64,000 bases of DNA from Octopus vulgaris (GCA_951406725.2 OX597833.1:69254001-69318000); one strand, 5' to 3'. Numbered from the stretch's first letter, positions 12,258 through 25,769 are shown. Program-made: numbers and translations. Notes: generated by a model from the letters alone, not told the origin.

Positions 12258-13445
12258 GACACACATACACACACATATATAAATATATGTTTGTGTTTGT
12301 ATGTGTATGTGTTCGTGTGTGTGTGTGTGTGTGTTTAATTGAATGAAGATAGTTTTTATAAACTTTGAAACTATACTTAGGCAAAGATTATAGTTTCTCA
12401 GTAACTCCCATTATATAAATTAAAGATTTCCATCTGACATCTAAAATTTAGCAGATCTTATAGTAAATTGTTACATTGTGAGTAGATACAATTATATATC
12501 GTATATCTATTCTGTTGAATTCAATTTACTATGAATATACAATAAAAAAAAAATCATACGAAAATTTATCGATTGATATTCTTCATAATATCTATTTTGA
12601 TATGTTATAGATGCAAAGAATTATGATGGTTAACGTAATCCTAAGCATCCGTAGGAAATTTTCACAAGAAATTACTAAATTATCTTCTCTAAATTTCATT
12701 TCTAAGTCTTTTTCAGTATATTTAATAATTCAAAACAATATAAATTTAATTTGCCATATGCATATGGTTTATATTTTGATTTAGCGACTCCGTTATTGTA
12801 GATTGAAAATCTTATCTTCGAGATAGTGATTGTAAAATGATATTACAGGCTGCAGTTTTCTCATACTTCAGTAATTAAATTTGATATTATATAGAGTAAG
12901 CATTTGAAATTGTTCACGCCAGCGCTAATATTTTAAGAATGGAATAAAGATGAAAACGGAAAGAAAAGATACAGTGTACAAATTTCATTATAGGAAAACT
13001 TCTGCAAGTTTTAATCATTTTTTTCCCCAGCAGTCCAGTAACTATTGCCAGGAAATACAGAGTCGGCGTATAAAACGCCAAATCTTATTTCTGTCGTATT
13101 TATTTTCAGTGTTGTAGTTATTTCCTTGTTTATAATTGCATGTCAAACGTTAGAAGAAGTTAAGCTTAGGCGTGTATTGGTTTCTTGCAGATAAAAGAAA
13201 TATAGTTACAAGAAGTGTGTGGCGCTGCGAAGCATTTTGATATTTTTTCAGAAGAAGGGATTTCCTGATAGTTGAGAAAAAGGTAAAACAACTAGTCATA
13301 TATTTCCGAGTTGTAGAAGAGAAGATTAGCCGAAGGGGTTCTTTCGATTCTCAGCTCATGTCCGTTCGTGGCACGTAAAACCCTGTTGCCCTTCCTATAT
13401 ACATAAATGTGTGTTTGTGTGAGTGCCTGTTCGTGTGTGTGTGTA

Positions 13446-13496
<51 letters not shown>

Positions 13497-13623
13497 TTGT
13501 GTGTGTGTGTGTGCTGAAACAGAGGTACCGTCTTAGAGTAGGTTTGCTAATTCATTACATTATTCTTGTTGCGGATAACTAGCGCAATTACACCAATACG
13601 AGTATAATTACAATTATTTTTTA

Positions 13624-13906
13624 TTTATGCGTCCTTTTCAAGCCTAGCCAGGCTCATGGGCCAGGGTTTCCTGTTTCTGTGGCGTATGTGTTCCCCTCGG
13701 TTGGACGGGACGCCAGTCCATCGCAGCGTTACTCAAGAAACCGGAAGAAAGTGTGAAAGAAAATTGGGGCGAAAGCGTACAAAAAGTGTCGTCACCACCC
13801 CCTGCCGGAGTCTCGTGGAGCTTTAGTTATTTTCGCTTGGGATTCGAAACCGCGTTCCTCCGACAACGAGTCCGCTGCCCTAACCACTGGGCCATTGCAC
13901 CTCCAC
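13624..13906 (-). mobile_element. tRNA(Arg)-like-headed SINE group C, tail type 1
   Basis: Reverse complement: gtggaggtgcaatggcccagtggttagggcagcggactcg...gtttcgaatccc...ctgcgatggactggcgtcccgtcc...cccatgagcctggctaggcttg. Confidence 0.85.
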
Positions 13907-14563
13907 ATAGTTACAATAGCCACTTCAAATAATAATAAAAAAAATAGGTAGAAAATCATTTTATTGTTTATAAACACAGATATAAAAATACAACTTCATT
14001 ATTCATTATAAGTAGAAATATTATTTTCTGAAAACATTAACCCATATTGAACTTATATAAACAAAATATTTCGCAGACTGAATTTCACGTCACTTTCTTG
14101 GGAATGTCGTAAGCGACATCACTATTTCTTTGTCTAATCATGCATAAACTCAGAACTTGTTGTTTAGATACAACTAAAGAGTATCTTGAACATTGATAAA
14201 CTGAATAACAGCGAAAACCCGAACCCGATCAGTTTAAATATGATTTTACAAGACTTTTTTTGGCTACAGTATACACTGAAATTTATACACTAAAACGCTT
14301 TACACACGCAGCCGTATTCTATAGCGAAACCTTTCAGCAACGAGATCTTTTTTCTCATCTTTTATGCGTTGCGTGTGTAAAACTCGCCTTGTGAAAACAT
14401 ACACCAACATATTTTCTGTAAAACTGTTATCCGAAAACATTTGTTATATGCAAAGGTATATTTGTTTTTTTTTTTTATTTTCATATCTATATATGCATGG
14501 AAAAAAAAAGTACTCTCCTTTTATGTAAAAAAGTAAAACTACTTGCTTTATTCAAACAACTAT

Positions 14564-14634
<71 letters not shown>

Positions 14635-14727
14635 CGAGTGTATAAAAATTTTACGCATTTGCAACATTTCTCATTTCTTTTAATATAATGTGCGTTTGTG
14701 AGTGTTTGTGTGTATGTTTGTCTGTGT

Positions 14728-14761
<34 letters not shown>

Positions 14762-14769
14762 ACACACAC

Positions 14770-14805
<36 letters not shown>

Positions 14806-14904
14806 GAAGAGAGAAGTTGATATATAGACATGATGATAGAGAGGAAAACGGATAGATAGATACATACATACATACATACATACATACATACATACATACA
14901 TACA

Positions 14905-14936
<32 letters not shown>

Positions 14937-16185
14937 CATACATCGCTTCTTTTTCAGAGAAAGGTTTACAAAAATAATAGCATAACCAGTACTTCTGAAA
15001 TTATAAAACACACTATTAAAAGTTAACAGAGAGAATTCAGTATATTTTCCGTTTTTATTTCGATGTTGTTTAGAATCATTGAAATGTTGTGAATATGTTT
15101 TCTCCAGCAGACGCCAACGCAAAAAGCGAGATCTACCATCGGGAGACATTTTGTGGGTTCTGGTTTCATGCTTAAACAAGGAACCGCGATTCTTTCCTCG
15201 ACATATATAATTGTTTTATCCTCGCCTTCCCATGATACGCACTACTCGTAGCTTTTCTGTTCTACGTGTGACTGAAGTCTTTTAGGAACTGTAGTCTATG
15301 ATATGCACCATAAATGTTACAAGTTCTTCATGTTAGATACAAAAACATTGAACTTTAGTGAAAGTGGAAAATCTGCTTGAACTACGACATTGTTTCTTCC
15401 AAAATAATTTGTTTACACGTAATATGAGGTGTTGGTAAGCCGTTGGTGTTTAGACCGCTATAATTTGCGGGCATTCTGAAAAGGTCACTGACTTATTTCT
15501 CCATTACAATCTCTAGTCATATGTTCTACAACATGGCATTGTTGTCTTTTCTGGAATAGAATCCTCACAGATTGTTGCTGCTGTTATTATTGTTGCTACT
15601 CATGTTTATCACAGATGACCTGAGCGAGTAAACAAACCCAAATGTACTTCAACGAAGCCAAATATGTTCTATATACTATCATATTCGTTTTCCTTCTGTC
15701 ATACTGAATGCTTTCGATCTTGTAATTACTGATTCTGCTGATAGAATTAGCGTCAGTTTCACTGGTGTTGTGGGCTGTGTTTCGTATGAAAAGGAATTAC
15801 TAAGTTTGCTAATCTATTATATTATAGAATGTGATTGATTGTTAGAGTAGACTATACTGAATCTATATATTTGTACAGAAACAGGTAAAAGAGATGCAAA
15901 CAAGAAGGTAAAACGATCGAAACTGGTAATGAGCATTCCAGTCGGATTTGAACTCACAACAATGAGATCCACAAATAACGAAGTTTACAATCTACAAATC
16001 GAACACGCAACAACTGCTTAGGGACTGGTGAATATTTTGCTTATTTGGAACGAGGAAGATGGCCCTTTTTGACTGATTAAGAGAGAACCAGTAAATGGAT
16101 TCCAAATGCTTTATTCGAAGAATTCTAAACGGGGAGACAATTCACTCCTCAGCAGATTTCTTCTGCCCTCATAACTTAAGCTTAA

Positions 16186-16579
16186 TCTTTATATATCAAA
16201 GAGAGGTTGTGTGTCTGTCTACTCCGATTTAGATTCCTAACCACTCCCACATTTTGCGGTGCAGTTTAACCAAAACCGGCTATCTAATAGTCGTGATTCA
16301 TATCGGGCCCTTCTGGGTATTAGCGCGCGTCTACGATGAGTCTACGATTTTAAAATTAAATTACCATCATTTTTTCCCATTTTAATGCATATTTTTTAAA
16401 TGTAAGGGAAGTAACTCTCTAAAAATGTCTACGATGTGTCAACGATTTTTTAAAAAAAATTACCACAATTTTTTTCCATTTTTAATGCATATTTTGCTAT
16501 TTTGGGGCTATAACTCTCTAAAAATGCTTATATAGTTATTTCCCTTACAAACCCGAGCAACGCCGGGCGATACTGCTAG
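16186..16579 (+). mobile_element. Non-autonomous Helitron
   Basis: Starts A|TC(TTTATAT) and ends with GC hairpin cccgagcaacgccggg followed by ...CTAG|T. No TSD. Contains an internal ~95-bp tandem duplication (tctacgatg.gtc.acgattt...ttaatgcatatttt). Confidence 0.85.
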
Positions 16580-17669
16580 TATTAATTGAAATGAGACCTT
16601 AAACATTTCAGATGGATATACAAGGAAACGACTTCAATGTATGACGATAATAAATTTTAACTACAGTAAATGCTAAATGGTCTACATAAATATACCATTA
16701 TTTACTCCAGGCATTTGAAAGATAGCATATTATACATTCGTAGATTGTGCTTCATCACAGGTGAAGTTTCTCATTGCGAAATCACACGGGAGCTTGCATT
16801 CCTTTCTTCTCTTACGTTACAAACATATCTTAGATGCCGGCATTGTTATGTTTCCCCAATAGTATTATAAATGCTAAGGCCATAGTGGAAAATTTAGACA
16901 ATTTACCGTTGTAAACGTAATTGCCCTTTAACATAAGTATTAATTAAATTGAAACAAAGCACACAAGACGTGATTTTACTTCAGATAATGTAGTTCTATT
17001 AATTTAGATAATTGTGTTAAGAACATTCTGAATCTATATACCATTATTGGACGGAAAGACACCTCGTTCCAGTTGCCGCAAGCTTAACATTTCGAGGTAA
17101 GCACTAAGAATATCGGTTTCTTTATAGCTGGCATCAAAGGCGCTAGAGGTAATATAGTATGGAGAGGAAATGAGATGTTGTGGCTTCAAAATAAAATTAG
17201 ATGCAAAAGTTAACTTCGATCAAACCGAGAGAATTAATCGACTTTTGTCTTACTCTGATCTCATCACACTATCTACAACATTTAACTAAACAGAAAGGAT
17301 ATTATTTGAGGTTATATTGTTCGTAAGATTCCGTTAATCTAACAGTTTATAATTAAATTATTTTTCAAGAATAATTAGATTTAATGTTAGTTTGCTTATA
17401 GATATCATCAACGTATCCAATAAGCTGTTGACGGTTGGCAACAGAAAACGGTACGGTGGGTATACGAGGAATTTACACATCGATTACATGCTCAAGTATA
17501 TGACCAGTTTGGAACCGAAAAATTAGTGGTTCCAAGGAAATACCGCTACTTCCAAAATATATATTTAACCATTTTGTGGCATAAGACAAACCCAAGATTT
17601 TGATAGCGTATTTGTCTTTGAGATATAACTTCCTTGATTCAATAAGGAATCTCTCACGGGATACATTGT

Positions 17670-17720
<51 letters not shown>

Positions 17721-18137
17721 TATAGCCAACCAAATTAGCTCCAGTGACAATCATATCATGATGTTTCATTTGAAATGTCTCAGCTCTGAGTTAGCGAGAC
17801 AATTCCTATTATTGGGGGATTGTATTTTAGCTAAGTGTATTATGCTGAAATTCTCCTAAACATCTATATAGACTTTCAAATACATTCCTATGCCTATCTC
17901 ATACATCAACAGGTGAGTTTCTGTGCGCACACACACACATACACACATTTTACAACAGTCTTCTCTTCCTTCTTGCACTAAACGTAGCGCAAACAATTTT
18001 AGTCACGGCCCTGACGGGCATCCTCGAAGAGATCAACCTGAGTACGTATGTTTCTTTTACAAATAAGCTACTTACTTTATTGCTCTCCCTTGGCGAACCG
18101 CTTAGTTACTTAGGTTAAACAATATAGATTATCAAGA

Positions 18138-18374
18138 AAGGCGGCGAGCTGGCAGACACGTTAACACGCCGGGCGAAATGCTTAGCGGTGTTTCGTCTGC
18201 CGCTACGTTCTGAGTTCAAATTCCGCCGAGGTTGACTTTGCCTTTCATCCTTTCGGGGTCGATAAATTAAGTACCAGTTACGCACTGAGGTCTTTGTAGT
18301 CGACTTAATCCCTTTGTCTGTCCTTGTTTGTCCCTTCTGTGTTCAGCCCCTTGTGGGTAGTAAAGAAATAGGTA
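18138..18374 (+). mobile_element. SINE group A (Meta-domain-like), full length
   Basis: aaggcggcgagctggcaga head, gagttcaaattcc B-box, gcctttcatcctttcggggtcgataaattaagtaccag core and tail agccccttgtgggtagtaaagaaataggta. Confidence 0.93.
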
Positions 18375-18754
18375 TAATGAAATATGTAAAAATATTTATA
18401 TCATCCCATTTTTTGCGTATGTGATATGTTATTCTGATTTTTCATTTAGCTTCTGTGACTATCGAGAAATGTGACAAAATGCATTCCCGCTTTCCGCATC
18501 CAATCTTATTCCTAAGTGTAGTTAATTCAAGACCAGAGTATCAAATGCCAAATCTGCGAATTCTGGATGATTTGGTTGCTTTTTATATCTGGCAGAGTAG
18601 AAGTTTAACACTCCAATGAAAGAGGCTTTGTTGAGAATCAACTACACTGCTTGTATTATAGCAGCAAACAAGTTCTGTGTCCGAATGTTTGAGAAATTCA
18701 TTTTCATTTATAATCTCAGGAAAAGAAATACCAGTTTTTTCAATTAGCAAATAA

Positions 18755-18985
18755 AGTAAGTTTTCAGAATCATATGCGCGCCGGGCTAAATGTTTGGCGT
18801 TTTTTTGTCCAATTATATGTTCTGAGTTCAAATTCCGCCGAGGTTGACTTTGCCATTCGTCGTTCGAGGTCGATAAAATAAGTACCAGTTGCATACTGGG
18901 GCGATAAAGATAAGTACCAGTTAAGTACCTATGTAATCGACTTGCTCACTCCCACGCAATTGCATGTCTTCTGCCAAAATTTGTG
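18755..18985 (+). mobile_element. SINE group A, diverged copy
   Basis: ctgagttcaaattccgccgaggttgactttgcc...gtcgataaaataagtaccagtt, with the core partly duplicated. Confidence 0.8.
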
Positions 18986-18999
18986 ACCAATATTTGTTT

Positions 19000-20200
19000 T
19001 GAGAAGGGATATTTCATTCTTGTGACGCCTATTATTTTTAGGATTGTATATTTGGCTATAAAATTCTTATCTGTAATCTTCCTTAAATTCCTATATTTCT
19101 TTGCCACTGGATCTCCATTGATTTCTTTCTATATTCTCACACAATGCTTCGTAAAATTCATTTTCACGAGGAGCCACAGTGTTTGTTTTCTGGAAAACAA
19201 CGTTGCCGCTTTTCCTGACAATCTCTTCTTGTTTTCTTTCTGATTTATCATGACTATCATCTTGTTAAAGGCGTTCTCTGAAGTCCTGTCTTTATTCTTT
19301 CTTATACTTCCATAATATTTATCTCTGTTTCTTCCATTATTTATTGGCTGCCATTGTATATCTCATTAAGGATTGGAACATCTCTTTGTTTATGCTATTT
19401 TCAATCAAACTTCTCCCTTATACTCTGTCTTACACGTTGTTGTTTGTTTACGTTCCGATCTTTTTCTATGAGATGTTGTTCAATGCGTACCTACATTACT
19501 GTGTGACTAATGCACAGCAGATGTTGCATTGATTCCTTGGTTGATTTATACTGCGTTTTATTGATGTTTTCATCTGTGTTTCCATATGTCTGTAATGGTG
19601 GCTAGCTTCTCTACTGCTTGTTATCGTTCTTCTTATTTTTATCATTGAATTTTATCATTGGGACGATCTTTCATTGGTCCATAGGAAGAACTATCGATTA
19701 TTATTCCTTAACTATTTCCATCTTTAGATTATTGTCATATTCAACATTTCCGACTTTAGATCTTTCTGCCTTTTGAACTTTCTCTTATCCAATATTGTTT
19801 ATATATTTTGTTTGTGAAATTCTGTTTCGGATTTTATCGGTTTGTATAAACGCAGTGTTTTGATTCGCTTCTGGATGAATATTCCGTTCCGTTTGTTTTT
19901 GCTTGTGATAAATCTATCTTCCTTATTTATACTTTACAATGTTTTAATGATTTTTTTGTGTATATGTGTTTTTAATATCTATTTTCGTTATTCGTATATT
20001 ATTTATTTCGTTTGTTTCTCCTCGCTACCATATTTGTTTCTTTTTTTTTATCTCTCCTTTCATTATGCGTTCGTTTGATTGAATATTATATATTTCTGTG
20101 TCTGATATACAGTTTGGCTTTTAAGTATCTATCTCCTTAAATTAACTCCTCAGTAGGGATCCGATATTTGGCTCTATATTAGGTTTTTTCCCCCTTATTC
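19000..20200 (-). mobile_element. Possible heavily decayed retroelement coding sequence (Penelope-like N-terminal/RT region)
   Basis: Strongly A-rich minus strand with coding-like scraps (KEINGDPVAKKY, NKMIVMIN). No intact diagnostic motif. Confidence 0.25.
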
Positions 20201-20214
20201 TCCGTTATTGTATA

Positions 20215-20759
20215 TCTGCGCTGTTGTTGTTATTATTATTGTTGTTTCTTGTGCGGTTGTTCTTGCAAATGTTCTTGATGTTGTTCTTGTTGCTTAATGT
20301 ATTACTACAGCTGTTACTGATGTCATTGTTGTTCTCGATGTTGCTGTTGGGGTTCAATTTTGCCTTATTTCTTAGTATATTTGTTTTCAAGTAACATGCT
20401 TTCGTTGTTGTTGTTGTTGTTGCTGTTGCTGCTGCCGCTGGTTGGCGTTGGTGCTGCTGTCATCTCTGTACAGGTTTATACGGTTCCTTCAGCTTTCGTG
20501 ACTAACATTTTTATTTGTTATTTCTGTTGTTGTTGCACCAATTATTTACGTTGTCTTTCATTTCATTATTATTGCTCTTTTAATGTAGAAATTCTTGATG
20601 ATCCTATGAGCGTCTTGGTAGATTAGTCTTGTTGTTGTTGTTGTTGTTGCAGCTACTACTGTTGTTGTTGTTGTCGTCCTTGATGCGACAGCTGCTACAG
20701 TTTCTGGTGCTGTTGTATTTCTTATTGCTCTTGCAGTAGATCATCGTCCTCAATTATCG

Positions 20760-20806
<47 letters not shown>

Positions 20807-21355
20807 GGTTTGTAGTGCTGATGATGATGACGGTGGTGACAGTAGTGGTGGAAGTAGTGGGGATGGTGGTGGTGGTGGTTGCGGCGGTGGTCGTGTCGGT
20901 GTTATTGGTGATGCTGATGTTGTTGTTGTTGTTATTGGTGGTGGTGGTGGTGGTGGTGGTGGTGGTGGTGGTGAGCTGCTGTTGCTATTAGTGTAAGTTG
21001 TTATTGCTGTTGTTGTTGCCGCTGTTGTTGCTGCTGCTGTTGTTGTTGTTGTTATTGATGATGATGATGATGATGTTGTCGTTGTTGTTGTTTTTGTTCT
21101 TGTTGCATTTATTTGATTTCGTACTCATTGTTTTTGCTCTTGTTATTGTGGCTTCTACAATTGTTGTTGTATATGTTTGTGTTATTACTGTTGCTGCTGC
21201 TGTTACTACTTTTTTCCTAATTGCTCTTTATATTTTCTCTTTTATCGTTACTGTTGTTTGTCATCACCATCGTCATCGTCTTCTTCTTTTTTCTTCTTTT
21301 TCTCCCGTTTCTCCATCTTCTACTTCTACTTCTTCCTTTTCTTCCTTTTCTTCTT
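20215..21355. repeat. Long degenerate trinucleotide region (GTT/GCT/GGT/GAT/TCT)
   Basis: Directly visible. It produces the poly-L/V/G ORFs. Confidence 0.9.
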
Positions 21356-21440
21356 TAGATATCGACCAACGCTGGCACATCAAACCTAAAGCAAGAAAGC
21401 ATTCCCACCATGACCACATAGACGACTACACTATTGTAAA

Positions 21441-21862
21441 GTGATAAGTATGTTATCAACTTAATGTGACAGTCCCATAAAAGGGAAGAATACAACTGTT
21501 ATTTAGCCCTAGGAATCACTGTGTCCTGTTGGTCATGACACATTTCTTGTGTCCAAATGTTTTCAAAATAGAGACAAGTACCTCCACCCAGCAAAGCCAA
21601 CAACCAGAGACTAATTTCAGAGACATTGCTCCTCCGGACTGATGATGAGCAATGACTCTGAAACTAGTCTCTGGGTGCTGGCTTTGCTGGGTAGAGATGC
21701 TTATATGCACTTTGAAAACACAAGGACACTTTGAAAACACAAGGACACTTTGAAAACACAACGTGTCAAGTCCAACAGGAAATGGTGTTTCCTAGGGCTA
21801 AATAACAGTAGCATTCTTCCCTTTCATGGGACTCTCACATTAAGTTGACAACATAGCATCAC
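21441..21862. mobile_element. ~420-bp palindrome made of two inverted copies of a hammerhead-bearing (Penelope pLTR-like) module
   Basis: Left arm gtgat...ttaatgtgacagtcccataaaagggaagaat...gttatttagccctaggaa...acccagcaaagcca...ccagagacta.tttcagag is the reverse complement of the right arm. The centre is near 21635-21643. Confidence 0.9.
21634..21674 (+). ncRNA. Type I minimal hammerhead ribozyme motif
   Basis: ccgga-CTGATGA-t-gag(caatga)ctc-t-GAAAC-ta-GTC-tctgg: intact core, stem I CCGGA/UCUGG, stem II GAG/CUC, palindromic ACUAGU stem III and GUC cleavage triplet. Activity is untested. Confidence 0.75.
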
Positions 21863-21913
21863 TCTATCGTGCTGCTACTACATAAATCTCTCTGAGAGAT
21901 TTAGAAATGTATT

Positions 21914-22129
21914 ACTCTCACTCTTTTACTCTTTTACTTGTTTCAGTCATTTGACTGCGGCCATGCTGGAGCACCGCCTTTAGTCGAGCAAATCTACCCC
22001 GGGACTTATTCTTTGTAAGCCCATTACTTATTCTATCGGTCTCTTTTGCCGAACCGCTAGGTGACGGGGACGTAAACACACCAACATCTGTTGTCAAGCA
22101 ATGCTAGGAGGACAAACACAGACACACAA

Positions 22130-22221
<92 letters not shown>

Positions 22222-22379
22222 GACAGGCTTCTTTCAGTTTCCGTCTACCAAATCCACTCACAAGGCATTGGTCGGCCCGGGGCTATAGCAGAAGACACTT
22301 GCCCAAGATGCCATGCAGTGGGACTGAACCCGGAACCATGTGGTTGGTTAGCAAGCTACTTACCACACAGCCACTCCTG
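21914..22379 (-). mobile_element. SINE group B, full length, internal (TA)n/(TG)n expanded
   Basis: Near-identical to 61447-61839 outside the internal microsatellite. Confidence 0.93.
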
Positions 22380-22644
22380 TTATTTCTATATTATTGTATA
22401 TTGCCTTCCTTTTCTATTTATTTATGGTTTGACTTGAAAGATATTTATCTTTTCGTTCAGGCAGTTAAAACAACCGCATGCATGGTTCCTAACTGAAGGA
22501 CATACTTTACGGTAGACACCTCTGTGGGTGACATGTCTCTCATGTACACATCTTGGTAGAGTTGTTGTTCTTTAATAACGGCTCCTTCCTAATCGAGTAA
22601 ATCGTTTATGAACCATGTTCTAAGTTTAATATTAACATAATATA

Positions 22645-22839
22645 CCGCATTTTAGCGTGTATAGAAACCCTTATGTATAAGGAACCCTTGTGCATAAGGC
22701 AACCCCTAATTTTGGGGGGTTAAAATTTGGAAAAAAGGTTTTGTAAGGGATTATAATACTATCACTGTATAAGAAACTCACATAATTTTTTAACCTAATT
22801 TTTGAAAAAAAAAGATTCCTTATACTCGTTAAAATACGG
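22645..22839. mobile_element. Tc1/mariner (pogo/Tigger-like) MITE with TA target duplication
   Basis: TA|ccgcattttagcgtgtata ... tatactcgttaaaatacgg|TA: imperfect ~20-bp TIRs, plus internal gtataag.aac subrepeats. Confidence 0.75.
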
Positions 22840-23455
22840 TATTCAAAAACATAAGGGTTTCCATGACGAAAGAAAGACATCATTTGGGGAAGCATTAGCT
22901 ATGATTTCTAGCAGACAGACAGTGACACTAAGAGATCACGCGATGGATTGTGCATGTGCATTTAATAGCACTATATATTGCTCTTAAATCAATAAGTATT
23001 TTTTCTACACTAACTGTAGAAGTGATTGACAAAACGTTATTCTCTGACACGCACCAAACTTTGGATCACAACAACACAGCATCCCGTCTGTGCTATTTCT
23101 ACTGTTACAACAATAGTGTAGGCTCCTTGCCCTTGGCTGAACTTATTTCACCTCCATTCAAACACTCCTCGCTTGCTTGCATTTGATTTTGCTTTTGATA
23201 AATCTATGGTATTTATTTTATAAATTCTTGTTTTCCTTTAATGATTTTATCTATTTACATTTCAATATGATTTCTATTTTTTTTATATTTGTTTTCTCCC
23301 TATTTACTCGTTGTGTTTCTTTTGATGTTTGTTTTTCTTTTTCCATTACTTTTCGTTCTATATGCCATTGATTTTTTGCGCATAATAAGTTTCTCTGTTT
23401 TATATATACATATATATAGGCGCAGGAGTGCCTATATATATATATACACATATAT

Positions 23456-23858
23456 AGGCACAGGAGTGGCTGCATGGTAAGTAGCTTGTTTACCAACCGC
23501 GTGGTTCCTGGTTCAGTCCCACTGCGTGGGACCTTGGGCAAGTGTCTTCTACTATAGCCTCGGGCCGACCAAAGCCTTGTGAGTGGATTTGGTAGACGGA
23601 AAGAAGCCTGTCGTATATATGTATATATATTTATCTGTGTGTGTGCGTGTATGTTTGTGTTTGTCCCCCTAACATTGCTTGACAACCGATGCTGGTGTGT
23701 TTACGTCCCCGTAACTTAGCGGTTCGGCAAAAGAGACCGATAGAATAAGTAATGGGCTTACAAAGAATAAGTCCCGGGGTCGAGTTGCTCGATTAAAGGC
23801 GGTGCTCCAGCATGGCCGCAGTCAATAACTGAAACAAGTAAAAGAGAGAGTAAAGAGT
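23456..23858 (+). mobile_element. SINE group B, full length (preceded by a duplicated head stub at ~23417)
   Basis: aggcacaggagtggctgcatggtaag...accttgggcaagtgtctt...gctccagcatggccgcagtcaataactgaaacaagtaaaagag. Confidence 0.93.
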
Positions 23859-23917
23859 ATATATATGCGTGTGTGTGTGTGTGTACAAAAATATATATAC
23901 ATGCACATATATTTATA

Positions 23918-24265
23918 TGGAGTGGCTGTGCGGTAATTAGTTGGCTACCAGCCACATGGTTCTGGTTTCACTCCCACTGCGTGACACGTTGGGCAAGTGT
24001 CTTCTACTATAGCTTCGCGCCGTCCAAAACCTTGTGAGTGGATTTGGTAAACGGAAACTGGAAGAAGCCCGTCGTATGTGTGTGTGTATGTGTTTGTGTG
24101 TCTGTATTTGTCGTTCGACAACCGATGTTGGTGTGCTTACGTCCCCGTAACTTAGCGGTTCGGTAAAAAGAGCCCGACAGAATGAGTGCTAGGCTTATAA
24201 GAAATAAGTTCTGGGGTCGATTTGTTTGACTGAAGGCGGTCAACTGACTGAAACAAATAAAAGAA
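23918..24265 (+). mobile_element. SINE group B, second tandem copy, diverged
   Basis: ggagtggctgtgcggtaa...ttgggcaagtgtcttctactatag...ctgaaacaaataaaag. Confidence 0.88.
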
Positions 24266-24302
24266 TATATATATAAATATATACACACACAAACACATAT
24301 AT

Positions 24303-24514
24303 CGAAGGAGAGGGGCTTTCTCCGTCCAGGTTGCGGATCCGTGGAATAAGCTGCCGGACGATATGGTGAAGATGCCGACGACCGCTCGGTTCAAAGTCTC
24401 CCTTGACCACAAGTGGACTGAACTCTTTACATGAACACCACCCTGTACATAACTCCATGTCCCCCTACAAGGCCTTGCTTTTTGCTTTTTGAACCAAAAA
24501 ATTAACTAACTAAC
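24303..24514 (+). mobile_element. 3' end of a CR1-group LINE (ORF2 C-terminus, 3' UTR, (TAAC)n tail)
   Basis: 24303-24434 reads RRRGAFSVQVADPWNKLPDDMVKMPTTARFKVSLDHKWTELFT*, matching the 'FSxRVxxxWNxLP...FKxxLD' CR1 terminus. Confidence 0.8.
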
Positions 24515-24591
24515 ATATATACATATGTATTTATATATGTATATATATGAATTCGCATATATTTTTTTTGTGTAGACTCACATACAGATAC

Positions 24592-24708
<117 letters not shown>

Positions 24709-25469
24709 AACACAAACACACAAAGCTTTTAAGTATGTATTTTGTTAAATCAGTTCGCATCTGATGTGGCGCCTATTGTTGGTTTCACTCTCTATATCTG
24801 CTGCTAATGTTGCTGATATTGCTGCTGCTGCTGCTGCTGCTGCTGCTTACCGGTCCGACGTGAATCACGTTTCATACCACTCCTTCCTTGATTGTCATCC
24901 ACTGGAATCCTTTTCTTGACCACGTGTTACTCTCAGATGTTGACATACAAGACTTCATGAGGAACCTGCAAGCAATCTAGCCATTGCCGTTTTCTCAAGT
25001 CGAATGAAAAAAAAAAATTAAAATTACAACTGCTAGTTAATTGCAATAAACAATATGTTTACCTGTTACCGTGTAAATTTATAAGATTTTGAGAAGAAAC
25101 ATTTTTCAAAATTAAATACATAAATATATATACATATGTAGTACAATCTCACAAAGTCTGTTGAAGAATTTGGATTAAATATGATAATCCAGCAATTAAT
25201 TTTTAAGAAATAAAAATCTGCTTGAGATGCTTAAATTAAAAGTCAAATCAAAAAATGTCGAATGATAACTGATTTTTAATACTTTATGGATAGAAAAACG
25301 TGAAACATATTGCAGTAAATCTTCTCTTTAAAGGAAACTCGCCAAAGCAGAGACTACGCTTTGATTTTATCTGTTCTTCCAAAGAAAACATATTTGTCTA
25401 TATAAAAACAAAAATATGAGCCATACATCTATTCTATCTATCTAATCATACATACACACAAACGCTGAC

Positions 25470-25538
25470 AGATAGATAGATAAATAGATAGATAGATAGA
25501 TAGATAGAGAGATGGATGGATGGATGGATGGATGGATG

Positions 25539-25601
<63 letters not shown>

Positions 25602-25652
25602 GGATGATAGATAGATAGATGGATAGATAGATAGATAGATAGATAGATGGAT

Positions 25653-25707
<55 letters not shown>

Positions 25708-25732
25708 TGATAGATAGATAGATAGATAGATT

Positions 25733-25768
<36 letters not shown>
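25470..25768. repeat. (GATA)n/(GATG)n microsatellite
   Basis: Directly visible. Confidence 0.95.

Positions 25769-25769
<1 letters not shown>

Noticed and set aside
21708-21760. Short direct repeats suggestive of a CRISPR-like array (also the 33-bp duplication at ~40331-40397)
   Set aside because: These are adjacent tandem duplications with no unique spacers, no cas genes, and a eukaryotic context.
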